Positions 1 to 9,667 of a DNA stretch of 64,000 nucleotides are shown piece after piece. The notes beneath the pieces were generated by a model. It worked only from the letters and a program-made list of their open reading frames with translations. It ran no database searches and had not been told where the DNA came from. Both the position numbers and the translations under genes were made by a program. The first letter of the stretch is position 1. Every line of letters begins with the position of its first letter. Origin of the DNA: Pseudanabaena sp. OTE_70b_metabat_355 (GTDB lineage Bacteria; Cyanobacteriota; Cyanobacteriia; Pseudanabaenales; Pseudanabaenaceae); NCBI GenBank assembly GCA_031377675.1, contig JANMFC010000526.1:120-64119 (forward strand), in the 5' to 3' direction.

Positions 1-953
1 TGAGCGATCGCTTAGTTCGAGCTACTGCTGCCAACGGTAGAGTCAGGGTTGTCGGTGTAAGTATCACCGATTCTTTAAATGAAGCCTATCGCCGCCATCG
101 CTTATCGCCAGTAGCGATCGCCGCATTAGGTAGAGCAATGAGTGCGAGTTTGTTGCTGACTTCAAACATGAAACAGCCACAAGCTAGGGTGAATGTGCGG
201 ATTGCTGGCGATGGTGGATTAGGGCTAGTTTATGCCGATGCTGGCTTTAATGGCACTGTACGCGGTTTTATCTCCAATCCCATGTTTGATGTGCCAACAC
301 TTGCCGACGGCAATCAAGATGTTGGCAAAGCGATCGGAGCCATAGGGCTAATGAAGGTTTTGCGTGATGTCGGTTATGGCGAACCCCATAGCAGCACTGT
401 TGAATTAATTTCAGGCAACATCGCCGATGATGTGTCTTGGTTTCTGGCGACATCTGAACAAACTTACTCCAAATTAATTCTTACAGAAATAATTACCCCT
501 GAGATTATTGATACTGAAAGCGATCAATTACCCGTGCAGTTTGCCGCAGGGCTGTTATTGCAAATCATGCCAAAAGCCACATTAAGAGCTGCCAAAACCG
601 CGAATCTATCCCAAGAAGATTTGCTCAAACAGTTGGAAGTTAAGAGCGACATCACTAAGTTTAAGGATCTGCTAGCAGAAGGCAAGGCGATCGAGGATGC
701 GATGCTTGAGCTTTTTGCGGACATGGAGATTGATATATTGCCCTTGAGCAAAGATGTGCGCTTTCACTGCCCATGCACACTCGATCGGATGTTAGCGGCG
801 ATCAAAATGTTTGGTGAAGAAGATCTGCGATCGATGATCAATGAGGATCATGGCGCTGAGGCTACTTGTCATTTTTGTGGCGAGGTTTATCACGCTACCA
901 CCGAGCAGTTAAATAATTTGTTGACAGAATTGCGCGTTGAAGCAAAAGCTTAG
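1..953 (+). CDS. hslO: Hsp33 redox-regulated chaperone (start codon apparently begins 1 nt before the window)
   Basis: C-terminal CPC...CHFC zinc-redox motifs. The frame is open upstream of the track ATG (138) and reads (M)SDRLVRATAANGRVRVVGV, an Hsp33-like N-terminus; the window starts with the 'tg' of the presumed ATG. Confidence 0.93.
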   Translation, partial: SDRLVRATAANGRVRVVGVSITDSLNEAYRRHRLSPVAIAALGRAMSASLLLTSNMKQPQARVNVRIAGDGGLGLVYADAGFNGTVRGFISNPMFDVPTLADGNQDVGKAIGAIGLMKVLRDVGYGEPHSSTVELISGNIADDVSWFLATSEQTYSKLILTEIITPEIIDTESDQLPVQFAAGLLLQIMPKATLRAAKTANLSQEDLLKQLEVKSDITKFKDLLAEGKAIEDAMLELFADMEIDILPLSKDVRFHCPCTLDRMLAAIKMFGEEDLRSMINEDHGAEATCHFCGEVYHATTEQLNNLLTELRVEAKA

Positions 954-983
954 ATTTATCCAAAAACCCCCCCTACAAAACCT

Positions 984-1859
984 ATGACAGTTAACGCACA
1001 GATCGGCATTATCGGTGGCAGTGGACTTTATAAAATGTCCGCCCTGACCGATATTCAAGAAATTAGCATCGATACACCTTTCGGTAAAACGTCAGATGTA
1101 TTTATCTACGGCAAATTATCAGGAACTCCCGTTGTCTTCTTAGCCAGACATGGGCGATCGCACCATCTTCTCCCTACCGAAGTTCCCTATCGCGCTAACG
1201 TCTATGCCATGAAAAGCTTGGGTGTGGAATATATCATCTCCGCTTCGGCAGTTGGCTCGTTACAAGAATATGCCAGACCACTCGATATCGTGCTTCCCGA
1301 TCAATTTATCGATCGCACCACCAGCCGCACATCCACTTTCTTTGGTGAAGGCATTGTCGCTCACGTTGCCTTTGCTGAGCCAATTTGCAAATCGTTGCTA
1401 TCAGTCCTAGCCGCATCTGCGGAAATGGTGGATTTGGGGCGCAGTAAGGTGCATAAAGGTGGGATTTATGTCTGTATGGAGGGACCCGCTTTCTCTACTA
1501 AGGCAGAATCGATACTGCATCGGAGTTGGGGCGCGAAGGTGATCGGCATGACCAATGTTACTGAAGCCAAGCTCGCCCGTGAAGCCGAAATTTCCTACGC
1601 GACTCTAGCGCTTGTCACCGACTACGACTGTTGGCATGAGGAGCATGAGAGCGTCACCGTGGAAATGATTGTCCAGAATTTACATAAAAATGCTACGAAT
1701 GCCCAAGCGGTAATTCAAAATGCGGTGGCAAAAATTGCTGCAAATCCTCCTAAATCGGAAGCACATCACGCTCTCAAAACTTCGATTTTGACTGACCTAA
1801 GTAAAGTGTCTGACTCAAGCCGCGATCGCTTAAAAGTTATTTTACAAAAATATCTTTAA
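984..1859 (+). CDS. mtnP: S-methyl-5'-thioadenosine phosphorylase
   Basis: [27 protein letters not shown] and VTDYDCW motifs of the MTAP/PNP family. Confidence 0.93.
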   Translation: MTVNAQIGIIGGSGLYKMSALTDIQEISIDTPFGKTSDVFIYGKLSGTPVVFLARHGRSHHLLPTEVPYRANVYAMKSLGVEYIISASAVGSLQEYARPLDIVLPDQFIDRTTSRTSTFFGEGIVAHVAFAEPICKSLLSVLAASAEMVDLGRSKVHKGGIYVCMEGPAFSTKAESILHRSWGAKVIGMTNVTEAKLAREAEISYATLALVTDYDCWHEEHESVTVEMIVQNLHKNATNAQAVIQNAVAKIAANPPKSEAHHALKTSILTDLSKVSDSSRDRLKVILQKYL

Positions 1860-1864
1860 AAATC

Positions 1865-1943
1865 GCCCCCTAGCCCCCAATTCTGGGGGAACAAGAAAAT
1901 AAAATTCTTTCAAAGTCCCCCAGAATTGGGGGATTTAGGGGGC
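1865..1943. repeat. REP-like inverted-repeat doublet (CCCCCTAGCCCCCAATTCTGGGGG...CCCCCAGAATTGGGGGATTTAGGGGGC)
   Basis: Two C/G-run hairpins in inverted orientation immediately after the mtnP stop. Confidence 0.75.
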
Positions 1944-1971
1944 TTAGAGCAATCGAAACGTAGACAGTTAG

Positions 1972-2010
1972 ACTTGTGTGTACACGGCAGCTTGAAAAGG
2001 GGGGAGAATC
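1972..2010. mobile_element. Orphan right end of the MITE family seen at 45995-46180, with its target flank
   Basis: 1972-1991 ACTTGTGTGTACACGGCAGC is identical to the TIR at 46161-46180 and is followed by TTGAAAAGGGGGGAGAATC (TTAAAAAGGGGGGAGAATC at 46181). Confidence 0.75.
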
Positions 2011-2066
2011 AGCAATCAGCTAGAGTTAGTTGAGAGAGGTATAATTTTTGTGGGTGATTACTTTAG

Positions 2067-2480
2067 TTGGGTGTAACTATGACAAAAATAGGCGAGAAAG
2101 GACTAAACGCTCAAGACATCAAAGAAAGAGATAGCTTGAGCGATCAACTTGAAAAAGCTTTTAGTGAGGTTGAACAGTCCATCAACAAATACCAACAAAG
2201 GGTTGACGAGATTAATGGCTGGCTTATTGAGATGAGAGAAAAGTTTCAAGCTTACTATGATGATCGCTCAGGAAATTGGCAACAAAGCAAAGATGGCGGG
2301 TCTTCTGTGTATGATGAATCTTTTAAAAACGACTGGGATAACTTTAGGTATCTAGAAGGATTTGAAGATCAGGAAGAAATGCGTGATTTACTGGAAACTT
2401 GGGTGTCAGATTTAAAAAAATTGCCTAAGCGTCCTGATCGCCGAACAAAAGCAACCCCACTATTCACAAGAAAACTTTAG
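2067..2480 (+). CDS. Hypothetical protein (helical, charged); start uncertain
   Basis: 137-codon ORF with no family I can name with confidence. Confidence 0.55.
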   Translation: MGVTMTKIGEKGLNAQDIKERDSLSDQLEKAFSEVEQSINKYQQRVDEINGWLIEMREKFQAYYDDRSGNWQQSKDGGSSVYDESFKNDWDNFRYLEGFEDQEEMRDLLETWVSDLKKLPKRPDRRTKATPLFTRKL

Positions 2481-2671
2481 AAAAGCACAACTGGCAAGCT
2501 GTAACTTTTGTCGAGTCTGCGCTCACCCAAATCAAAACCTGCCAGAAATAAGCAGTTCAGAAATGTGATGATCGTGCTACTCCGCACTATAGCTTTTCAG
2601 GAGTAGCAAAATATTTAATTGGATCAGTGGTTAAATCCGAACAAATCAAAAAACATATTTGTGGTTAATAT

Positions 2672-3370
2672 ATGGTTCTCACAATTTCACCACCAGAAGC
2701 TAATGCATCCACTACGCAACCTAGTGATGTCGTTAAAGATGGCGAAAATCGAGTTGCTCTAACAGGAATTAGTTGGATAGCCTATCAACAAATTCTCCAT
2801 GCTCTCCCACAAAGTCGCGCTGCAAGGTTAACCTACGATCGCGGAATCCTAGAAATTACAAAGTCATCACAAACCCATGAGTTTTCAAGATGCCTAATCG
2901 AGCGTTTTATTAGAATTTTAGTGCTTGAAATGGGGATGAAACTAAAAACAATGGGTTCAACCACGATGAATTTTGAAAATTTGCAGCGTGGTGCTGAACC
3001 AGATTGTGCTTATTACATTCAAAATCAGCCTAATGTTGCAGGAAAAAACGTTGATTTTAGCCAAGATCCGCCACCAGATCTCGTTGTGGAAGTGGATATC
3101 ACTCATACAGACATTAATAAAAATAAGCTTTATGCGAGTATGGGTGTGCGTGAGTTTTGGCGTTATAACGGTCAAGAATTAAAGATTTATACATTGCAAG
3201 AGACGAATGAAGAAAAGAGTTATCGGGAATGCGATCGCAGTCCTACTTTTCCTTGGATGCAGAAGGAATATCTCTATAATTTTCTAGCAGAAGCTCGACA
3301 AGATGAAATTGCCGCCGAACTAAAATTTCGGGCTTTTGTGAAAGAGAAACTTGATGAAGGAAAAAAATAA
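2672..3370 (+). CDS. Uma2 (DUF820) family PD-(D/E)XK endonuclease-like protein
   Basis: ISW..Y, RLTYDRGILEI, EPDCAYY, PPDLVVEVDIT and GVREFWRY motifs. Confidence 0.88.
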   Translation: MVLTISPPEANASTTQPSDVVKDGENRVALTGISWIAYQQILHALPQSRAARLTYDRGILEITKSSQTHEFSRCLIERFIRILVLEMGMKLKTMGSTTMNFENLQRGAEPDCAYYIQNQPNVAGKNVDFSQDPPPDLVVEVDITHTDINKNKLYASMGVREFWRYNGQELKIYTLQETNEEKSYRECDRSPTFPWMQKEYLYNFLAEARQDEIAAELKFRAFVKEKLDEGKK

Positions 3371-3373
3371 AGC

Positions 3374-5464
3374 GTGACTCAAATATTTACCACGATCGCC
3401 TCTTTGCGTAATCACCTAAAATCAAAGCAAAATCTTGGACAGACCTCAGTGGGACTTGTGCCAACGATGGGAGCTTTGCATATTGGACATTTGAGCTTGA
3501 TTGATCGCGCTCGTGTGGAAAATACTTGCGTTGTTGTCAGCATATTTGTGAATCCGCTCCAATTTGGTAAGGGTGAAGATTTCGAGAAATATCCGCGTAC
3601 ACTAGAAAGCGATCGCCAGATTTGTGAGACTGCGAATATAGATGCAATTTTTGCGCCTAGTGCTGATGAAATTGGCGTAAATGATCCGAATGTGACGCAA
3701 GTAATCCCACCGCCCGAAATGATGAATATTATGTGTGGGCGATCGCGGCTTGGACATTTTCAAGGTGTAGCGACTATTGTGACTAAGCTTTTAAATATCG
3801 TCCAACCCGATCGCGCCTATTTCGGCGAAAAAGATGGTCAACAATTAGCGATTATTCGGCGATTAGTTAATGACTTGAATATGCCTGTCGAGATTATTGG
3901 CTGCCCTACATTGCGTGAACCCAGTGGATTAGCCTACAGTTCTCGCAATCAATATCTATCAGAAAGCGATCGCCTACTTGCACCGCATCTTTATCAGAGC
4001 TTATTAAAAGGGAAACAAGTATTTTCTCCAGATTGTACCGAAATTTCAGCAGCAGCAATCCTTGCAGCATCTAGTGATTATTTGTCTAAGCTACCCGCGA
4101 TCGCCCTAGAGTATATTCAGCTAGTTGATATCAAAACCATGCAACCATGCCATACAATTACCTCTAGTTCCGAGTTAATGTTGGCGATCGCCGCTCGCAT
4201 TGGCAATACACGTTTGATCGATAATATTTTGCTAAATCAAACTCTAAGCCAGACTATCCCCGCTAGAAAACCAATTATCGCCATCGATGGACCCGCAGGA
4301 GCAGGTAAATCCACGGTGACAAAACTGGTTGCTAATAAATTAGGTTTATTATTTTTAGATACTGGCGCAATGTATCGCAGCGTCACTCTGGCGGTCTTGA
4401 GAGAAGGAATTGACCTAAATGATCATCAAAAAGTCGAAGCGATCGCCACTAAATCGCAAATTCAACTTTTTGCCAATGCGATCGCAGGACAACCGATGCA
4501 AGTCTTACTTAATGGCGAAGATATTACTACCGCGATCCGTCAGCCCGAAGTTACCGCCAATGTATCGGCGATCGCCGCCCAATCGGCTGTGCGCGAAATT
4601 TTGGTTAAGCAGCAACAAATCATTGGTCAATCAGGCGGTGTGGTCATGGAGGGGCGCGACATTGGAACCCATGTATTTCCCAATGCGGAAGTGAAAATCT
4701 TTTTAACCGCATCAGCATCGGAACGCGCTAAACGTCGCCATGCCGATCTGACTGTCCAAGGTCAAGTTGCCCCCGATCTCGCCACCTTGGAAAAGGAAAT
4801 TAGCGAACGCGATCGGCAAGATTCTACCCGCACCCATGCTCCCTTAATCCAAGCAGAAGATGCAACTTTAGTGAATACCGACAGTCTAACCATAGAAGAA
4901 GTGGTAGATCTAATTTGTATGCAAGTAAAAAGTAAAAAAATGAAAAAAATATTCCCAATCACCAATCACCGATCACCAATTACCAAATTATTCCTAATTT
5001 CTATTTCACTCTTAGCGATCGCCGCTAGCTCTTTACCCGCGACTCAAGCTCAAAATGCAAATACGGCGCTCACAATTCGTGCTGATGTCCAAGAGGCAAA
5101 CTCAATTACGGGGGTGGTCACCGCTACGGGTAATGTCAAAATGACCTATCCTGCGCGACAAATTGACGCGATCGCTGAGCAAGCGCAATATTTCTCAAAA
5201 GAGCAGCGTGTAGTTTTAACGGGTAATGTTGTAGTTACACAAGAGGGCGTGAATAGCATTAAGGCGCAAACGATCACCTATCTTGTTAGCGAAGGGAAGT
5301 TTCTGGCGGCTCCCCAAAACAATCAACAAGTCGAAACAATTTACATTGTGCCAGATCGTGAACTGGCGACTACTCCCGCCACATCCGCCTCACCAATAGA
5401 ACAGATCAAGCCTGCATTCAAAAAACAGCGCGTCAGTCCTCCGACAACTCCAAGCATTCCTTAG
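3374..5464 (+). CDS. panC-cmk: Bifunctional pantoate--beta-alanine ligase / cytidylate kinase, in frame with a C-terminal LptA/OstA-like module as sequenced
   Basis: PTMGALHIGH, FGEKDGQQ and LAYSSRN (PanC); DGPAGAGKST, LDTGAMYR and EGRDIGT (Cmk). No stop before the LptA-like segment. Confidence 0.9.
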   Translation: MTQIFTTIASLRNHLKSKQNLGQTSVGLVPTMGALHIGHLSLIDRARVENTCVVVSIFVNPLQFGKGEDFEKYPRTLESDRQICETANIDAIFAPSADEIGVNDPNVTQVIPPPEMMNIMCGRSRLGHFQGVATIVTKLLNIVQPDRAYFGEKDGQQLAIIRRLVNDLNMPVEIIGCPTLREPSGLAYSSRNQYLSESDRLLAPHLYQSLLKGKQVFSPDCTEISAAAILAASSDYLSKLPAIALEYIQLVDIKTMQPCHTITSSSELMLAIAARIGNTRLIDNILLNQTLSQTIPARKPIIAIDGPAGAGKSTVTKLVANKLGLLFLDTGAMYRSVTLAVLREGIDLNDHQKVEAIATKSQIQLFANAIAGQPMQVLLNGEDITTAIRQPEVTANVSAIAAQSAVREILVKQQQIIGQSGGVVMEGRDIGTHVFPNAEVKIFLTASASERAKRRHADLTVQGQVAPDLATLEKEISERDRQDSTRTHAPLIQAEDATLVNTDSLTIEEVVDLICMQVKSKKMKKIFPITNHRSPITKLFLISISLLAIAASSLPATQAQNANTALTIRADVQEANSITGVVTATGNVKMTYPARQIDAIAEQAQYFSKEQRVVLTGNVVVTQEGVNSIKAQTITYLVSEGKFLAAPQNNQQVETIYIVPDRELATTPATSASPIEQIKPAFKKQRVSPPTTPSIP
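4940..5464 (+). CDS. LptA/OstA-like lipopolysaccharide transport periplasmic protein (own ATG and signal peptide; probably a separate gene)
   Basis: MKK...LFLISISLLAIAASSLPATQA signal peptide, then LTIRADVQEAN..TGVVTATGNV and VLTGNVVVTQ beta-jellyroll motifs. Confidence 0.75.
   Translation: MKKIFPITNHRSPITKLFLISISLLAIAASSLPATQAQNANTALTIRADVQEANSITGVVTATGNVKMTYPARQIDAIAEQAQYFSKEQRVVLTGNVVVTQEGVNSIKAQTITYLVSEGKFLAAPQNNQQVETIYIVPDRELATTPATSASPIEQIKPAFKKQRVSPPTTPSIP
4955..4986 (+). repeat. STRR-type heptamer tandem repeat (CCAATCA)n, about 4 degenerate copies
   Basis: ccaatca ccaatca ccgatca ccaatta ccaa inside the LptA signal-peptide N-region. Confidence 0.8.
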
Positions 5465-5526
5465 ATTTATGCGAAAAATATTGCAGTCTATTTAAGAAAT
5501 TCCATCGTACTGTCTTTGATTTAAAA

Positions 5527-6438
5527 ATGGATACACTTTCCCTTTTTCCTACAGACGATGGCTCTGTCACTTTTTGGTCAGAGACATTTCAAGAAACTTT
5601 CCATAGCTCCCACGGGGCAAAGCATGAAGCCGAAGCAAAGTTTGTGATCCCTGCCAAAATTGCTGAAAAAGCGCAAACTCAAACTCAACTGAATATTCTC
5701 GATGTTTGCTATGGCTTGGGCTATAACAGCGCCGCCACGATCGCTACAGTTTTTAATCTTGTTGAGTTGAACAGCGATCGCCTCGCAAATCCGATCGCAA
5801 AGTTAAACATCATTGCTCTTGAGAATAATCTCGAAGTTCCCCAAAAGGCGATCGCATTAGGTTTGGTAGATATCTGGGAACCTGCGATCACCCAAATCCT
5901 CGAAACCGCCGCCACTACTCAAACTGTAACTACCGAAAATCTATCTTTACAATTAATCATCGGTGATGCTAGGCAGACCATTGCTCAAGTAGCAACCGCA
6001 TGGGCGGATGCCATCTTTCTCGATCCCTTCTCGCCGCCCCATTGTCCGCAGCTTTGGACAGTAGAATTTATCCAACTTTTAGCAAATTGCTTGAAACCAA
6101 ACGGCTATCTCGTCACTTATTCAGCATCCCCCGCCGTTCGGAAAGCAATGCTCAATGCTGGTTTACAGATTGGCGCGATCGCCCCGATTGGACGCAAATC
6201 TCCCAGCACGATCGCCGCGTTTCCACCGACATCATTACCACCACTTTCTGAGACGGAAGTTGCCTTTTTAAATACTCGTGCGGCTATTCCCTATCGAGAT
6301 CGCCATCTCCAAGGGACAGCAGCCGAAATTATCGCCACCCGTCAAGCTGAACAAAATAACAGCGAACTGCCATCAAGTTCTCGCTTACGGAAAAATCTTT
6401 ATTTGCGACTCGATCGCACTAAGGAGCTTCTCCTGTGA
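5527..6438 (+). CDS. MnmC/MnmD-like SAM-dependent tRNA U34 methyltransferase
   Basis: ETFHSSHGA..EA, LDVCYGLGYN, IGDAR and DPFSPPHCPQLWT motifs. Confidence 0.8.
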   Translation: MDTLSLFPTDDGSVTFWSETFQETFHSSHGAKHEAEAKFVIPAKIAEKAQTQTQLNILDVCYGLGYNSAATIATVFNLVELNSDRLANPIAKLNIIALENNLEVPQKAIALGLVDIWEPAITQILETAATTQTVTTENLSLQLIIGDARQTIAQVATAWADAIFLDPFSPPHCPQLWTVEFIQLLANCLKPNGYLVTYSASPAVRKAMLNAGLQIGAIAPIGRKSPSTIAAFPPTSLPPLSETEVAFLNTRAAIPYRDRHLQGTAAEIIATRQAEQNNSELPSSSRLRKNLYLRLDRTKELLL

Positions 6439-7455
6439 CCAATTTTGATAAAGATGCGAGGCGATCGCTGCACCACCCGCACCAACTCCTTCTTTAACAA
6501 AGCCCTGTTCATAGGCTCGTAACTGCGAAAATTGGGATGTGGCAAAACTCAGGGTCGTAGCTAGTAATGGTACATCACTAACATCTAGAGCCAAATCCAC
6601 TGTATTACCTGTAGAATCTTCTGCAACCCAGCGCGTAGTCCCAACCACGATCGCATCAGAATTCCATGTTAGATTTTTATATTTAGCGATCGCTCTAGCA
6701 AGGGCATAAACCGCTAACATTTGCGTCCCTCCCGCTAGCAATACACCACCATGACGACTCGCGGCGATCGCCATTCCTGCTACGACAATTTGCATGGGAT
6801 CGCCTACCGCCGCGACAATTTTTAAGGGTGATGGATGTTGATCAAGTTTGGCTAATCCCTTTTGGACAATCTCCCATTTCTGCTCATGGTTACAAGTGGG
6901 ATGGGAACTATTGACGCGATCTTTTGCCTCAATTCCCAAGGCGGTGAGTACTGCTAACGCCGTAGTCGTCCCCCCCACCACACATTCACTCAAAATCACA
7001 TAAGCCCCTGATTTAGCTAATTTCTCGCCCCAGACTAAGCCTTGTACAAATAATTGCAATACAACTTCAATCGGTAATGCTTGCCCTGTACTCAGACATT
7101 TTGCAGGTTGTCCGCCAAGGGCGATCGCTTCTACGGTGGGGGCGATCGGTAAGCCAGCGTCAAAAATAAACAGTGGGAGCTTTTGGGCGGCGATAACTGC
7201 ACGGGAAATTAAGACAGGCGATGCACCTGCGACTAAGGGGGGCAAGGGAAAATTTGGATTTGCGCCTGTGGCAAGAAATTCAGCATCAGCGATCGCCGTA
7301 TATTTCCGATCTTCGGGTGTGGCTCCTGCTGCGGAAATATTTGGAATCAGCCCTGTTTCCGTAAATCCCAACACACAAGCAAATACTGGCTGTTTACTAG
7401 AATAGGTTGCGAGCCAAGCTTGGGCTTTTTGATGTTGTGTATAAATTTTGATCAT
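6385..7455 (-). CDS. cobT: Nicotinate-nucleotide--dimethylbenzimidazole phosphoribosyltransferase (archaeal/cyanobacterial CobT-like family)
   Basis: ISAAG, ECVVGGTTTAL, LAGGTQM and KEGVGAGG motifs. The start is placed at ATG 7455 because the track extension to 7521 runs through a hairpin. Confidence 0.82.
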   Translation of the reverse strand: MIKIYTQHQKAQAWLATYSSKQPVFACVLGFTETGLIPNISAAGATPEDRKYTAIADAEFLATGANPNFPLPPLVAGASPVLISRAVIAAQKLPLFIFDAGLPIAPTVEAIALGGQPAKCLSTGQALPIEVVLQLFVQGLVWGEKLAKSGAYVILSECVVGGTTTALAVLTALGIEAKDRVNSSHPTCNHEQKWEIVQKGLAKLDQHPSPLKIVAAVGDPMQIVVAGMAIAASRHGGVLLAGGTQMLAVYALARAIAKYKNLTWNSDAIVVGTTRWVAEDSTGNTVDLALDVSDVPLLATTLSFATSQFSQLRAYEQGFVKEGVGAGGAAIASHLYQNWSQEKLLSAIESQIKIFP

Positions 7456-7487
7456 CAAATTGCATCGCTCTGCGCTAAAAACAAATT

Positions 7488-7538
7488 TAGAAGGAAGTTT
7501 AAGAATGCCGCGAAGCGGCATTCTTAAACTTCCTTCTA
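7488..7538. terminator. Perfect 24-bp stem hairpin with GAA loop downstream of rnj
   Basis: TAGAAGGAAGTTTAAGAATGCCGC-GAA-GCGGCATTCTTAAACTTCCTTCTA. Confidence 0.7.
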
Positions 7539-7543
7539 GAGAT

Positions 7544-9472
7544 TTAGACAGTTGCCGCCGTCCGCTTGCGTCTACCAGCGCTAGCAGTCACCGCACCAGT
7601 TTTAGCAGGAGTTTCCACCGCGTTAACTACTGCGGCGCTATTTCCATTAGAACCATTGCCATTAGAAATCACAGCTTCAGGTTTAGGAATGACCTTCACA
7701 TTACCTGCTTTTAGAGTCACGCCTAACGCATTAGGTTTAGCCGCAGGAGCAGGAGCCGATTGTGTCGAATTTGGTGGTGTTTGTAATAGGAAGACAATCA
7801 CTGGCTTGCTTTGGATTTGTTGACGCAAGACGCGGGTGAGGTCACGCTCCAATTGACCGCGTAAACCAACCCAATCCACTTCCAGAGAACCAACGTTACG
7901 CGCAAAGTTACCCCAAGAATTAGCTAGGGAATTATCGATCGCCTTAGCAACCAGAGCAATAATCTGCGAATGTTCCATCGGCAAGACCACGCCGCTTAGT
8001 TGAATGTCTGGATTGGTGGAGAGCTTACCATCTAGCCCAACTGATACAGCGATCGTAAAGATACCTTCGCCAGAAATTTGTTGGCGATCGCGCAATACAT
8101 CACCCTTGACCATGCCATCGCGAGAAGAATCAACCAGTTCCACACCAGAAGGAACCTTATCCACAATCCGCATATAGTCTTGACAAACTTCGACAACATC
8201 ACCATTCTCGGCGATCACAATGTTCTCGTGAGGAATACCCATTGCTTCCGCCATTTTTGCGTGCTGTTTGAGCATTCTCAATTCACCGTGAGCAGGGAAG
8301 AAGAACTTCGGACGGACAAGAGCCAACATCATTTTATGTTCTTCTTGAGAACCATGTCCTGAAACGTGAATACCTTTGTCGCTACCATAAATTACATCCG
8401 CACCTAGAGCCATCAAGCGATCAATGGTACGCACTACAGGAATAGTATTACCTGGAATTGGATTAGCAGAGAAGATGATCGTGTCACCTTGACGCACTTC
8501 CAGTTGTTTGTGACTGCAATTTGACATCCGCGTAAGCGCCGACATTGATTCACCTTGGGAACCCGTAGTCAAAATCAAAATTTGATCATCGCGATAACGA
8601 CGCAGATTTTGCAAAGGTTGGAATAGATCATCGCGACATTTGATATAGCCAAGATTACGCGCATGGGCAATTACGTTCAGCATTGATCGCCCGACTACAC
8701 CGACTACGCGCCCTTGCTTATCGGCAATATCCAAAATCATATTTACGCGATGGACGGAAGAAGCAAAAGTGGTGATAATCACGCGACCTTTTGCCATCAT
8801 GATATATTTCTCAAGGTTGGGATATACTGCGCGTTCCGAAGGCGTAATTCCAGGCCGTTCAGCATTGGTGGAATCGCTAATCAAAGCCAATACGCCTTTT
8901 TCACCATGTTCAGCGAGACGAGCAAGGTCAAAGAATTCACCATCAACGGGGGTATGGTCAATCTTGAAGTCACCTGAGTGAATGACGATACCAGCAGGAG
9001 TATTGATGGCGATCGTGAAACTATCGGCGATCGAGTGGGTGTTGCGAATGAATTCGACAAAGAAGCTCGTACCGACACGGACAACATCACGGGGCATGAC
9101 GCGGCGGAGTTCGGTGCGATTTAGTACACCTGCTTCACGAAGTTTGTCTTCGAGCAAAGCCATCGCTAAGCGAGGCCCGTAAATAACAGGAATTTCAAAC
9201 TGCTTCAAATGGAAAGAAATCGCACCGATATGATCTTCATGTCCGTGGGTGACGATCATGCCTTTGATGCGATGCTTGTTTTCGCGCAAGTAAGTCATGT
9301 CTGGCAAGACTACGTTTACCCCTGGCATCATGTTGTCAGGGAAAGACAAGCCACCATCAAGGAGCATGATTTCATCGTTATATTCAAATACCCATGTATT
9401 TTTACCGATTTCATGGAGTCCGCCGAGGGCGATAATTTTAAGAGCAGGAGCGTTGGTTGTAGCTGTAGGCAT
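7544..9472 (-). CDS. rnj: Ribonuclease J
   Basis: LGGLHEIGKN, THGHEDHIG, HSGDFK, GSQGE and HVSGH metallo-beta-lactamase/beta-CASP motifs. Confidence 0.96.
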   Translation of the reverse strand: MPTATTNAPALKIIALGGLHEIGKNTWVFEYNDEIMLLDGGLSFPDNMMPGVNVVLPDMTYLRENKHRIKGMIVTHGHEDHIGAISFHLKQFEIPVIYGPRLAMALLEDKLREAGVLNRTELRRVMPRDVVRVGTSFFVEFIRNTHSIADSFTIAINTPAGIVIHSGDFKIDHTPVDGEFFDLARLAEHGEKGVLALISDSTNAERPGITPSERAVYPNLEKYIMMAKGRVIITTFASSVHRVNMILDIADKQGRVVGVVGRSMLNVIAHARNLGYIKCRDDLFQPLQNLRRYRDDQILILTTGSQGESMSALTRMSNCSHKQLEVRQGDTIIFSANPIPGNTIPVVRTIDRLMALGADVIYGSDKGIHVSGHGSQEEHKMMLALVRPKFFFPAHGELRMLKQHAKMAEAMGIPHENIVIAENGDVVEVCQDYMRIVDKVPSGVELVDSSRDGMVKGDVLRDRQQISGEGIFTIAVSVGLDGKLSTNPDIQLSGVVLPMEHSQIIALVAKAIDNSLANSWGNFARNVGSLEVDWVGLRGQLERDLTRVLRQQIQSKPVIVFLLQTPPNSTQSAPAPAAKPNALGVTLKAGNVKVIPKPEAVISNGNGSNGNSAAVVNAVETPAKTGAVTASAGRRKRTAATV

Positions 9473-9667
9473 ATTTTTGATAAGTAAAAAGGTAAAAGGA
9501 AAAATTGGGAAGTTGAATGTTTAATTCAACTCAATTTGGTGGTGATGGAAAACTTTGCGGTGATAAATACCTAGATAGAGTGACTAGAAAGGTTTAGACC
9601 CCCACGAGTTCATCATTATCAGCAGTAGTCGGTCTCTATGTCTCTGGATAGAAGCTAGCAAGTTAGG

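Noticed and set aside
3374-4935. PanC-Cmk fusion as a novelty
   Set aside because: It is the normal cyanobacterial arrangement; only the LptA read-through is unusual.
7456-7521. N-terminal extension of the cobT-like ORF in the track
   Set aside because: It runs through the perfect hairpin at 7488-7538; ATG 7455 gives a family-like start.
7544-7800. Low-complexity C-terminal tail of RNase J
   Set aside because: Extended C-termini are usual for cyanobacterial RNase J.
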